From: Heptranchias perlo
Taxonomy: Eukaryota
Assembly: GCF_035084215.1 (NCBI RefSeq)
Contig: NC_090345.1
Location: 33,604,001-33,668,000, forward strand
DNA: 64,000 nt
Direction: 5' to 3'
Shown here: in pieces, positions 1 through 11,713 of the stretch
How positions within the stretch are numbered: the first letter of the stretch is position 1
Layout of the letters: every line of letters starts with the position of its first letter
The notes under the pieces: generated by a model
Databases searched by the model: none
What the model was told of the DNA's origin: nothing
The model's input: only the letters and a program-made list of their open reading frames with translations
Position numbers and translations under genes: made by a program

Positions 1-374
1 GAGAGTGCACATGTGTGGAGCCTCTGCTTGTTGTGCAGATGTTGAGAGGGAGAAAAAGAAAAATGGAATGAGGATGGGGAGGTGTTGAATGGAAAGCAGG
101 TGTGTGGATTGTGAAGTGTGGAAAGAGCCTTGAGAGAAGTTGGTGATTCTGCAAAGGAATATGAGGAGAGAATGCTGTGAGTGGCTGCAGAAAGGGAGCA
201 AGGAAGAGGTGAGTGTGTGTTTGTAATGAGAATGAGAGGTAGTATAGTGTGCCCTTGAGCTGGTGGTGAAGGATCTGATGGAAGGGAGAGAATTGTTGGA
301 AGTGCTTTGGTAGAGGGGAAAGGTCTATTGCCATGTGTTATTGACAGTTATGCAGAAATGAAGAGCTGTACTCA

Positions 375-600
375 CCCTTGCTACTCTTGGGAGGTCATTA
401 AAGGGTTTCCTGCAGTGCATCCAGGTCCTGGAAGCGATGCTCCTGCAGTTGGGAATCTCTGCAATGTCTCTCTATGCCTGATGATCTTGGAATTTTGTGA
501 TACTCTTTCCATTGGCTGGAAAGAGAACATCCTTCTTCACCCTAACTTCTTCCAGCAGGACCTCCAGGGAGGCTTCAGAAAACCTGTGCCTGCGACTCAT
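375..600 (-). mobile_element. Degenerate Harbinger Myb/SANT-like exon 1 (old element, about 1-877)
   Basis: Minus-strand translation gives RFSEASLEVLLEEVR...RTWMHCRKPFND followed by a GTGAG donor (ctcac at ~371). This is the same layout as the other Harbinger Myb exons in the window. A TIR-like gagttaaaatacagggc lies at ~860. Confidence 0.65.
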
Positions 601-1166
601 CGTGAAACTATTTATTCCAGCAACACTCTACAGCGAAATCAGGCAAAAGGCATTGTCGTATTATATAGGCCTTTGGCTGTCCCGCCAAAAATTGTGCTCC
701 AGATGTGAGTGGGTTTTCCTGTGTGTCAATGAATTGGGTGGGAAACCCGCCCATGCAATTCTAATGAGGCCCGGGAGTTAAAATACCCAAGGCTTTTTTC
801 TGAGCCAGCAAGTGAGTTTTGAACTCACCCCGATACCCACCAACCCAAAACCAGCCCAGAGTTAAAATACAGGGCCTATGTTATCATCAGTCCTTCCCCT
901 TTGCCGACTAGGTTCCAGTCTTGAAACTCAGAATCAATTATCTTTTATTCTTCACATAATTGCTCTCATAAGGCCATTCTAACTAGAATCTAGTGAACAC
1001 ATTTTCCAGACCAGGTATTTCTCTTTGGTTGATCTTTGGCTGATTTTTAACTTGTTGCCTTTTCATAAATTGTTGCCATTTAAACAAACTAAATGATGTA
1101 CAGACAATAATATGAATTCTGTTGTTTATTCCTAAGGCACGATAACTTCACACAGGTGATATCTAC

Positions 1167-1269
1167 CTGTCTGTCCAGTTTACTGATTGCTTTATGCAGA
1201 AGACCCTCTTCCTTTCCTTCCTCCAGGCAAGTTATCAAAAAGTCCACATCATGGCCAATCTCTTTACCT
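1167..1269 (-). CDS. Internal coding exon of an X-family DNA polymerase (terminal deoxynucleotidyl transferase or DNA polymerase mu), exon-8 equivalent
   Basis: Splice context tttttgtgtttacAG|A GGT AAA...AGA CAG|GTagat, 103 nt (1 + 34 codons). It encodes GKEIGHDVDFLITCLEEGKEEGLLHKAISKLDRQ. GHDVDF carries two catalytic Asp of TdT/Pol mu, and the exon phase and size match those genes. DNTT and POLM cannot be told apart from one exon. Confidence 0.93.
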
Positions 1270-1791
1270 CTGTAAACACAAAAAGACCAAAGCTAGGATC
1301 TGTGAGTAATTTAGTTATATCATTTTAACATAAACACTCTTAGATTATGAATGCATAATAAAATAGTCTTAAATAATCATGGATAATAATTCTGGTCCCT
1401 CTCACACTGAACTTCCTATTCAGAAGGCTGAAATTCAATTCCTTTCTGAAATGATACTCAAATTTTAGAACTATTCATGAGCGGGTCATTAGGTGGGAAG
1501 CCTTATGGTAGTGAAACCCAGGGAGGGAGGAGAAGAATTAATTGTCATAAAGACCTATCCCACCCCACTAAGGCTCCCTATATTGGCTAACACAGATCAG
1601 CATTAACAGCAACTATGAGTTTGAGGTGTAACCATTTCCTCCTCTTGGCTTTAGGACTCTATGGAGGACATAAAAAGAGGAGTAATTATGTACCACGGTG
1701 TCACTATCTGAAGCCATGTTTCTTATTGCATAAATAATAAACGGAGCACCATTAAGTTCACAACTTAGAAGAATAAACCAAGAGATACACT

Positions 1792-3460
1792 GGGCTAGAA
1801 ATTGGGCTGTGTAGCGCCCATTGTTTTGGTGCTACGCGGCCTCCCAAGCATCCAAGATGGTGTCTTGGCTGCGCACCCATGTTTCCAGCATCACGTGCGC
1901 CGGGCGCCATCTTGGTATAGGTATTAGTGCAAGCGCAAATACCGAATGTTGGAAGCATGTAAAGTAAGGAGAAAATGGATACAATCAGTGTGCAACGCTG
2001 ATTTCGAGTGTTTTGGGGACCTAACGCTCAACTCAACGCATAGTCTTAACGACAACCACCTGAACGTGTCTTAGAGTGCCTGGGGGAACCCCATCAGTGC
2101 TATTTAAAGGCACCATTGCAAGATTAACAGGTTAGTGTCTAGATTATTGCTTCTGGCTGCCAATACATTTGTAACTGTTTTTGGAGGTCACCTATACTTG
2201 AATTCTAGGACTAGGGGACATAGCCTAACATTTAGAGCCAGGACTCGCAGGAATGAAGTTAGGAAACACTGCTACACGCAAAGGGTGGGAGAAGTTTTGA
2301 ACGATCTTCTGATGCTAGCTCACTTGTGAATTCTAAATCTGCGATTGATGTGAACCAAGGGTATTAAAGGATATCGGGCTAAGGCAGATATATGGAGTTA
2401 GGTCACATGTCCACCATGATCTCATTGAATGGCAGAACTGGCTCGAGGGGATAAATACCACTGCCACTTGCTGCCTCCTGATATGCGACACTTTCTCCTG
2501 CAAGAAAGCGGGATGTGTGTATGAGTGACGTGCCTGTCATGGGTGAATAGCTGCCAGTGTGTGTGGCCTGTGAGTTGTGGGTGGGCGGCTTGCAACAGTG
2601 GTAATGTGTGAGGGTGAGAGAAAGCATCTGATTGGAAGAGTTGAGTACTGACGGAAAAAGTTTGTTGGTATGTGGGTGATGGGGGTGTAGTGCATGGTGC
2701 AGTGGTGTAATTGGTAGGAGACGCCACTTGACAGTTGACCTCACTCACCTTGACCACTCATATCAAAGCATTGAACTTCTTCCTGCACTGCATCCATGTT
2801 CGTGGTGCTGTGCGCCTGGCATTGACTTTGTCCCCTGCTGCCTCCCACTGACTTTTGGGTATATGTCTGGAGGGCCTCCTAACCCCGCCCCCCCCACCTC
2901 CTCTGCAGATATAGGATGTCCCTCCTTCTGTCCACCTCCTGCATCAAGGTCTCTAGTGCATCAGCAGAGAACCTTGGTGCATGCACTCTCGCAGGCCCGG
3001 TACATACTCAGATCAGCATTTTGGTGAGGTCTGGGGTGCAGATTGGAAGATGTGGGATTTAGTAGTGCGCAACCTTTATTCAATGTTTTAACATAACTCA
3101 TCAGTTTGTAAACATAGGGACGGGAGCTGCATCTGTGTTTTGCATGTGCGATGTCTGATCTCCGTTCAGACTCCATGCAGACAGCAGACTGTTATTTTCA
3201 GCAAATAACAGATACCAGCTACCTTTAAGAGATTTTTATGAGACAGCCTGCCTTTAAGAGATTGGGGCTCCCCCTGCTGATGGAAAGTGCAAATTGCATT
3301 GAATCCTCGTGTCAGAGCTGATTCAGAACGCTGCTTGAAGGTAAGTCCTCAGGCCTCACAAAAGTCTCGTCCTGCCTGCACAGGGGCATTGGGCCTGGGG
3401 TAATAGCGGATCATGCTACCCAATCCCAATATTAGGCCCTAACCAATTTTTTTTCCGCCT
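1792..3460. mobile_element. Non-autonomous PIF/Harbinger element, family B, copy 1, with embedded CR1 3' end
   Basis: Begins gggctagaaattgg. It has a TATA (tatttaaagg) and a gttagt donor on +. Minus-strand Myb exon 1 reads APRTWMQCRKKFNALI*VVK|gtgag (~2748-3000) and exon 2 starts cttgcag|EKVSHIRRQQVA (~2500). It aligns with the copy at 62800-63965. Ends are approximate. Confidence 0.75.
2200..2450 (+). mobile_element. CR1 LINE 3' fragment inside Harbinger family B
   Basis: Encodes SRTRGHSL...VRKHCYTQRVGEV, followed by the CR1 3' UTR (ggagttaggtcac...catgatctcattgaatggc). Confidence 0.8.
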
Positions 3461-4426
3461 ATGGCTTTGCGTTAAATCATGATTTCATGTGAGTTGGCCA
3501 TTTATCACTGAAACAGTGAAAAATTGTAGAACACAACTTAATATTTTAAAACTAAAAGGAAAGATTCTGCCTTTCAGCCAAACTAAATACAGTCTAGACC
3601 TTACAACTGATGTGAGAGGAGTAATATTACTTGCCATGAATCTGATTCTGTTATCGCTTAAAAGCATCAGCAATATCAGCAATATACTGAAGACTAACAA
3701 GCTGTGCTGTCTCCTTCTCCATAAGCTATGTTGCAACACTGAATGATTAAATAATAGAATGTTGCAACACTTCAATGTTTCGGACTACCTGACATTGATA
3801 AAGAAAGCATTATCAAGAGAGAAACAAAATCAATAACATCACATCCAACTGTTTCTCCATTTTTCCAAGATCTTGAAATTAAATTCATTTACTTAGACTG
3901 TCTGATGAATGGATGGTCACTGGAAGCACCCATCTGCCATTATTTTTTGACTCTCATTTTTCCAAATGATAAACTTCTAAATTTATTGATTGAATATTGT
4001 GTAATGGCTAAGGTCTCTTTAGTGGTGTGATACTAATTCTTTAGTGAATGATTTAGACCATCGCAAGCGAACTGGGACACCAGCTCACCCAATTTCAAAG
4101 TAGGACAATTGTTATATTCCAGAGACCAAAAAATAAATCCAATGAGAACATAATATCCAGCCGTCCTTACAAAATCAGTTTTGCCTTCATGAAGTTTTTG
4201 AAAAAATACACAAACCTACATTGAAATCAAAAACTAATAAACAATTGGGGTAAAATTCATCTTGGGCAATAGATGAAGTTTGCATCTTTCATACCAGTCA
4301 GGAAGAGCGAGGTAATATACCAGGTGCCTGTGCTTTTTCTAGGACTGCCTCTGTAATTTTAACAGCATTCTCTGCCTTGCCATTTGATGGTAAATACTTT
4401 GGCGAACTGGGGACGTGACTCATATT

Positions 4427-4712
4427 CATAGAAACATAGAAAATTTACGGCACAGAAGGAGGCCATTCGGCTCATCATGTCCGTGCCGGCCGAAAATGAG
4501 CCACCCAGCCTAATTTCAGCACTTGGTCCGTAGTCTTGTAGGTCACAGCACTTCAGGTGCACATCCAGATACTTTTTAAATGAGTTGAGGGTTTCTGCCT
4601 CTACCACCCTTTCAGGCAGTGAGTTCCAGACCCCCACCACCCTCTGGGTGAAAAATCTTTTCCTCAGCTCCCCTCTAAACCTTCTACCAATCACTTTAAA
4701 TCTATGCCCCCT
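4427..4712 (-). mobile_element. CR1 LINE 3' end
   Basis: Encodes RGHRFKVIGRRFRGELRKRFFTQRVVGVWNSLP, the CR1 ORF2 C-terminus, and has the (catagaaa)n tail repeat. Confidence 0.9.
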
Positions 4713-4749
4713 AATTGTTTGCAAACTGTTGGAATTCCCTTGGGTTAAG

Positions 4750-6060
4750 CAGTAGTCACTTGTCTGATATAACTTCATTTGGATTACCATGGCATGACTT
4801 GCAAACTAAGCTTTCATCTTAGCTATGACTTCTATCCCTTTTTTAAAAAATCAGAAAATCTAACTATTTCAAAGAATTCAGAGTAATTGTCAAAACATCT
4901 GAGATAGTTTCTTTCATTCATTTTAAACAGAAAACACTCATTGTTCTTCCAGGGCTTTTTTAATATTTGGTGGTTAATAAGTGGTTCCTTTTGCTGTTTG
5001 GCTTGAAACTTCTGGCATACATCATATCTTAATAAGTGTGTCTCCATGTCCTTGCTCATCAGAAGCCAGTAAATCACATCACCAGCTCCCTGTGGACAAT
5101 CTTGCATTCCAATGTATCTTGAGTGAACTCGGCACTTCATTTCTTCTCTCACCCAGTGTGGTATACAACTACTCACTCCCCCTGGAGTATCAGTCCATCC
5201 TGTATGCCAAGTTCCTCTCCAATATTGAAATGCACAGCAATCTGCAGTGGCACATCTTCTTGTGTCAGTGCATCCTTTGCTAATTGTCATTTCAGAACTT
5301 CATATACTCCAGTAGCTTGCTTACTCTGGTCAACTCATCCTCAGTAGGTATAAATGTAAATATTGCAGCACGTTAATGGTTTTGATCTCTTTTTCTGTAT
5401 CAGTAGCCATGACTTCCTCATTGTCAACCTTTCTGTCATATGAGATAGATTTACTCTGATCAAAATATCAGTAGGAAGCATCTCCTTGCCTCTCTTGCAA
5501 ATAACATTAAATTCATGCTTTTGACAAAGTAACTCTATTCTCTGGAGCCTTTTGGGTGCATTACTTGGATTCTTTTTCAAAACGGCCTCCAGTTTCTGAT
5601 CATGGCCCTATTCATCTGTACTGTAGGCTAAAATGTGATCTGCAAACCATCTGTATTTTCCAAATGGTGTTGAAAGAGCACTTAGGAGGCTTGATTCTTT
5701 ATCTAATACAACATGCCAAAACCCATTCTTTGCATCCACAACTGTGAATATTTTTGTTTTTGCTAGTTAAGGCAGAACATCACTTATGATTCGAAGTGTA
5801 GTTATTACGTTTAAAGATTTTGTTAGTGGCTTTGGATCAATACACAAGTGCACTTTATCAGTCCCCTTCAATACCACTACCATTGGGACAAGAACTTTCC
5901 TGTCACCAAGCTCATTAATGTCCTTCTTGACAAGTTCTTTTACAGCTCAAGGTAGCTTTCTGGCTGGCAACTGTTTATCAATTAGCTTCAGGACCTGACA
6001 GAAATTCCGCAGAGCTTTATTTTCCTATAAGTCTACTATGGTTCTCCAATTTTCTTAAGA
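4750..6060 (-). mobile_element. Degenerate Ty3/Gypsy LTR-retrotransposon pol relic (RNase H and integrase zinc-binding region)
   Basis: KKNPSNAPKRLQRIELLCQKHEFNVICKRGKEMLPTDILIR resembles the RNase H C-terminus. HSRYIGMQDC...DVIYWLLMSKDMETHLLRYDVCQKFQAKQQKEPLINHQILKKPW...DNYSEFFEI resembles the integrase H2C2 and core start. Multiple frameshifts. Confidence 0.8.
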
Positions 6061-6289
6061 GACTGAAAAAATTGGACAGAGACCATGGGGGTAATTTTAA
6101 TCTTAATTTTAAGATGAAAGCAGGCGAGAGGGGTTGAATCCATGAGGTAAGTGCCTTTATTGCACTGCTCAGAGGCCAGGAGCAGCAGGAGTGCTTCCCC
6201 TTGGCCCACCAAGCTTACCTTTTAAACAGCCCATGATGGGACCGTCACGATGGGCCCCCATCTCATGATTGGCCGACTTTCCACCCCTT

Positions 6290-7062
6290 CCGCGATGTCC
6301 GACTTCCCCCCGCGACGTCCGACTCCCCCCCCCATGACATCCGACTCCCCCCCCGCAGCGTCCGACTCCCCCCACGCAGCGTCCGACTCCCCCCACGCAG
6401 CGTCTGACTCCCCCCCCCCCCCGGCAGCGTCCGACTCCCCCCCCCCCGGCAGCGTCCGACTCCCCCCCCCGGCAGCGTCCGACTCCCCCCCCCCCCGGCA
6501 GCGTCCGACTCCCCCCCCCGGCAGCGTCCGACTCCCCCCCGCAGCGTCCGACTCCCCCCCCCCGGCAGCGTCCGACTCCCCCCCCCGGCAGCGTCCGACT
6601 CCCCCCACGCAGCGTCCGACTCCCCCCCCCGGCAGCGTCCGACTCCCCCCCCCCCGGCAGCGTCCGACTCCCCCCCCCGGCAGCGTCCGACTCCCCCCCG
6701 CAGCGTCCGACTCCCCCCCGCAGCGTCCGACTCCCCCCCGCAGCGTCCGACTCCCCCCCGCAGCGTCCGACTCCCCCCCGCAGCGTCCGACTCCCCCCCC
6801 GCAGCGTCCGACTCCCCCCCCGCAGCGTCCGACTCCCCCCCCGCAGCGTCCGACTCCCCCCCCGCAGCATCCGACTCCCCCCCCGCAGCGTCCGACTCCG
6901 CCCACACCCCCCACTGCGATGTCCGACTCCACCCCCCCCCACCGCGATGTCCGACTCCCCCCGGCGATGTAGGACACCCGCCCTGCAAGGTCCAACTCCC
7001 CCCCCGCCCCCAGCGGCGTCCGACTCCCCCCGCCCGCCCCCCGCGGCATCCGACTCCCCCCA
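6290..7062. repeat. GC-rich minisatellite, unit about 20-25 bp (GCAGCGTCCGACTC(n))
   Basis: Roughly 30 tandem copies with variable C-run length. It explains the long low-complexity ORFs on both strands. Confidence 0.95.
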
Positions 7063-7115
7063 GCGATCGTTCCCCATGATCACTCTAACGACCCCGGTCA
7101 CTCCTTGACTCCCAT

Positions 7116-7343
7116 GATCCAATCACCGAATATCACCAACATTCCCCAATCCCCCCGATCCAATCACCGAATATCACCAACATTCCCCAATCCCCCCGAT
7201 CCAATCACCGAATATCACCAACATTCCCCAATCCCCCCGATCCAAACACCGAATATCACCAACATTCCCCACTTCCCCTAGTCGAAACCCCAAATATCAC
7301 CAACACTCCCCGCTCCCCCCGATTGAAACCCCGAATATCACCA
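7116..7343. repeat. Minisatellite, unit about 41 bp (gatccaatcaccgaatatcaccaacattccccaatcccccc), left part
   Basis: Tandem copies interrupted at 7344 by a CR1. The array resumes at 11714. Confidence 0.9.
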
Positions 7344-8440
7344 TATGAACAGATATTTTGTATCTGTCTTCACGGTAGAAGACACTAATAACATACCAAT
7401 AATAGTAGAAAATCTAGGGGCAAAGGGGAGGGAGGAACTAAAAACAATCACTATCACTAGAGAAAAAGTACTAGGCAAACTAATGGGTCTAAAGGCCGAC
7501 AAATCCCCTGGACCTGATGGCTTGCATCCGAGGGTCTTAAAGGAAGCGGCTTGGAAAACTGTCATTAGAAAAATGCTAGAATCCATTATTAAGCAAGTAG
7601 TAGCAGGACATTTGGAGACTCATAATACAATCAAGGAGAGTTAACAAGGTTTTATGAATGGGAAATCATATCTGACAAATTTATTAGAGTTCTTTGAGGA
7701 AGTAACGGGCAGGGTGGATAAAAGGGAACCAATGGATGCAGTATATTTGGATTTTCAAAAGGCATTCGATAAGGTGCCACATAAAAGATTACTGCACAAG
7801 ATAAGAGCTCATGGTGTTGGGGGTATATACTGGCATGGATAGAGGATTGGCTAACAGAAAACAAAGAGTCGGGATAAAAGGGTCATTTTCAAAATGGCAA
7901 TCTGTAACTATTGGGGTGCTACAGGGATCAGTGCTGGGGCCTCAACTATTTACAATATATATCAATGACTTGGATGAAGAAACAGAGTGTCTTGTGACCA
8001 AATTTGCTGATGATACAAAGATAGGTGGAAAAGCAAGTTGCGATGAGGACACAAAGGGCTCGATTTTCGGACCCCCGAGCCGGCGGGTTCATGGCGGGGG
8101 GGGCTCCAAAAATCGGGGATTCCTGGGGCGGGTCCGGAGCCAGCGGGATGCCACTTAAGGTAATTATTTTGATACTTCAGGTCGTTAGCAGACCTGATTG
8201 ACATGATATTTTAGGAGGGGGGGGATTTTCATTGCAACTAAGACTGTTTCCAGTACTGGGGGGAAACACTCCCAGTTGAAATGGACGTGTTGCAGCCGTC
8301 AGCCTGTGGCAGCTGCAAAGGTCCATTTGACAGGTGGGGAGGGGGGGTGGGGGGGAGGGGGGGGTGGGGGGGAGACCCTCACTCATTGCAGGAGGCCACT
8401 CTGTCACTTTGGACAAACTTTGGCCTCCACCACCCTCCTC

Positions 8441-9232
8441 CACTTTGGATCAAAAAAGGATAGAACAGGGTATTTTCTAAATGGTAAAAAGTTAAAAACA
8501 GTGAATGTCCAAAGGGACTTAGGGGTTCAGGTACATAGATAATTGAAGTGTCATGAACAGGTGCAGAAAATAATCAATAAGGCTAATGGAATGTTGGCGT
8601 TTATATCAAGAGGACTAGAGTACAAGGGGGCAGAAGTTATGCTGCAGCTATACAAAATCCTGGTTAGACCGCACCTGGAGTACTGTGAGCAGTTCTGGGC
8701 ACCGCACCTTCGGAAGGACATATTGGCCTTGAAGGGAGTGCAGTGTAGGTTTACTAGAATCATACCCGGACTTCAAGGGTTAAGTTACGAGGAGAGATTA
8801 CACAAATTGGGGTTGTATTCTCTGGAGTTTCGAAGGTTAAGGGATGATCTGATCGAAGTTTATAAGATATTAAGGGGAACGGATAGGGTGGATAGAGAGA
8901 AACTATTTCCGCTGGTTGGGGATTCTAAGAGTTGAGGGCACAGTCTAAAAATTAGAGACAGACCTTTCAGGAGTGAGATTAGAAAACATTTCTACACACA
9001 AAGGGTGGTAGAAGTTTGGAACTCTCTTCCGCAAACGGCAATTGATACTAGCTCAATTGCTAAATTTAAATCTGAGCTAGATAGCTTTTTGGTAACCATA
9101 GGTATTAAGGGATATGGGCCAAAGGCGGGTATATGGAGTTAGATCACAGATCAGCCATGATCTTATCAAATGGCGGAGCAGGCACGAGGGGCTGAATGGC
9201 CTACTCCTGTTCATATGTTCCTATGTTCCTAT
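8441..9232 (+). mobile_element. CR1 LINE 3' fragment inserted into the Harbinger transposase 5' intron
   Basis: Encodes HFGSKK...RPHLEYCEQFWAP...LYSLEFRRLRDDLIEVYKI and has a (gttcctat)n tail. Empty copies read ccaccctcctcctaacaataaaattc at this site. Confidence 0.92.
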
Positions 9233-9317
9233 AATAAAATTCACAAACTTGCACACTTACCCGGTGTGCAGACACATTTACCTACCTTGCGGACCTCCTC
9301 GAACGTACATCTTCCGG

Positions 9318-9791
9318 ATGGGGGCCGCCATAGCTGCAGTCACGACCTCCTCGGAGGACGAACAGCATCACCAGCCTCGCTGGCCACGCCGTCCACCTCT
9401 GACACGTGGAGCTCCACAACATAGTGCTGTGACACATCCACCTGCACAGCAGGAGGGAGGGCAACCGCAGAGAGAGATGCGTCACAGAGGGCACTACCCT
9501 CGCCACAGGGTCTACAGATCGAGGCTCAGCTTCCTGGGCCTCTCTGAGCAGCAGTGCACACGGAGGCTCAGAGTCACTCGACGTGTAGTCGTGGACATCT
9601 GCAGCCTCCTTCATGCCGAGCTGCTCCCGGCTGGCCCGAGCACCATCTTCCTACCTGTCGCTGTCAAAGTCACCACTGCCCTCAACAACGTCTCCTTCAC
9701 ATCCTTCCAGGGAGCCACCGGGGACATCGCCGACGTCTCTCAGTCTGCACAAAAGAGCCCTGCAAATACATCTACACCCACTCTGCAGTGA
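9318..9791 (+). pseudogene. Truncated Harbinger transposase (HARBI1-like N-terminus, DDE core deleted)
   Basis: YRSRLSFLGLSEQQCTRRLRVTRRVVVDICSLL...LPVAVKVTTALN...SFQGATGDI matches the HARBI1-like N-terminal/HTH region. It ends before the GFPxVxGAIDCTH motif. Confidence 0.8.
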
Positions 9792-10320
9792 CACAATGGG
9801 TGGCATCAGGTGTGGGTCTTCATTGTGATCCTCAGTAAAGGGCATTATTGCACAAACCGGACAAGATTCGCAAAGACGTGGCAGTATTGGTGACAATATA
9901 ATATGTAATGTGAGTTGATCAGAAATCAAATATAAGTAAAAACCATGACAAACCCTCAAACACCCTTGTGCATCCCCTTCATGCTCACGACACGTTTGCC
10001 TTACACTTCCTACTACACATATGCGATGCATGCCCTGTGGCTGCAGCACAGGTAGTGGCAGGTTGACTGAGGCTGACCGTGAAAGAGATGCACGAGAGGG
10101 TGAGTATGAGTTGGAGCCATGAGATTGTATGAAGATTGGGTTGAGTGGTAGTGGTGGGATGAGTACTGGTGAGGTGAGTAAGTGCAGGTAAGATGAGGAT
10201 GAGCTTTGAGTGGGTGTGAGGAGTGATGTGACAGAGTAGTGTTGGCTGTGCAGAAGGAGATGTGGGGTGGGGGCGGTGATGTGGCAGACGGAGTGTAGGG
10301 GAATGAGTAAGTGTACTCAC

Positions 10321-10566
10321 TTCGGCTGACCTACTTAGGTCATTGAAGCGCCTCCTGCACTGTATGCAGGTGGGCGATATGTCGATGGTGCAGGTGACCT
10401 CCTCTGCCACCTTGAGCCAGACCTTCTTGGTGGCAGAGGCAGACCACATCCTCCCGCCCGCTGGGGAGAAGATCTCTGTCCTCCCCCTCCTCCTCACCCC
10501 ATCCAACAAGACCTGGAGTGAGGCATCATTAAAACTGGGAGCAGCCTTCCTCCTGGGCTGCTCCAT
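10321..10566 (-). pseudogene. Harbinger Myb/SANT-like DNA-binding protein, exon 1 (later exons deleted)
   Basis: MEQPRRKAAPSFNDASLQVLLDGV...KKVWLKVAEEV...CIQCRRRFNDLSRSAE|gtgagt, with a TATA (tatttaaagg) upstream on -. Confidence 0.85.
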
Positions 10567-11713
10567 GCTGTAATTTTGCCTATTTTCTGCAGCATCAGTC
10601 AGTGGAGGACTGCCCCTTTAAATAGGGCTCCTCCAGCTGACAGCCTATGATGCGCCTGCGCAGTCCGCCCGCTGCGCAGCTTTCCAGCGCGAAACCCGGA
10701 AGCAAAGGTAAGTACCTTCAATTAAGCTGCGATTGCATGCGGAGCACCCCGAATTCACTGGGCACGTTACCCACGCGCCCAGTCAACCCCCCGCTGCCAA
10801 CCCGCCTTCCTCCTAATATTGGGCCCAAAGTGTCTGCAAAGGGATATTGACAGGTTAAGCAAATGGGCAAAAATTTGGCAGATGGAATATAATGTGAGAA
10901 AATGTGAAGCCATCCACTTTGGGAGGAAAAATAAAATAGCAAAATATTATTTGAATGGAGAAATACTACAAAATGCTGCAGTACTGAGGGATCTGGGTGT
11001 CCTCATACATGAAACACGAAAAGTCAACATACAGGTGCAGCAGGTAATCTGAAAGGCAAACGGAATATTGACCTCTATTTCTAGGGGGGTGAAGTATAAA
11101 AGCAGGGAAGTCATGCTACAACTGTACAGGGTGCTGGTGAGACCACACCTGAAGTACTGCGTACAGTTCTGGTGCCCTTATTTAAGGAAGGACATACTTG
11201 CATTAGAGGCAGTTCAGAGAAGGTTCACTAGGTTGATTCCGGGTATGGAAGGGTTGTCTTATGAGGAAAGATTGAACAGGTTGGGTCTATACTCATTGGA
11301 GTTTAGAAGAATGAGAGGAGATCTTATTGAAACATACAAGATTCTGAGGGGACTCGATAGGGTAGATGCTGAGAGGATATTACCCCTCATGGGGGAATCT
11401 CAAACTAGGGGGCATAGTCTCAGAATAAGGGGTTGCCCATTTAAGACAGAAATGAGGAGGAATTTCTTCTCCCAGAGGGTCATGAATCTTTGGAATTCTT
11501 TACCCCAAAAAGCTGTGGAGGCTGAGTCATTGAATACATTCAAGGCTGAGTTAGACAAATTTTTGATCAGCGAGGGAGTCAAAGGATATGGGGAAAGGCC
11601 GGGAAAGTGGAGTTGTGGTAAAAATCAGATCAGCCGTGATCTCATTAAATGTCGGAGCAGGCTCGAGGGACCGAATGGCCTACTCCTGCTCCTCTGTTAT
11701 GGTCTTATGGTCT

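Larger units (their letters stand above)
8056..10826. mobile_element. Non-autonomous PIF/Harbinger element, family A, copy 1
   Basis: TIRs gggctcgattttcg / ctaatattgggccc and TSD AAA (8053-8055, 10827-10829). It has a HARBI1-like N-terminus on + and Myb/SANT exon 1 on -. Confidence 0.92.
7344..11713 (+). mobile_element. 5'-truncated CR1 LINE (ORF2 RT region to 3' UTR), split by a Harbinger insertion
   Basis: Encodes NRYFVSVFT...KSPGPDGLHPRVLKE...YLDFQKAFDKVPH...QGSVLGP...FADDTK...DEDTK|CLQRDIDRL...FFSQRVMNLWNSLP, with a 3' tail (ttatggtc)n. The reading rejoins exactly across 8056-10826. Confidence 0.93.

Noticed and set aside
6169-7122. Four long Gly- or Pro-rich ORFs (240-317 aa)
   Set aside because: They are artefacts of a stop-free minisatellite, open in several frames on both strands.
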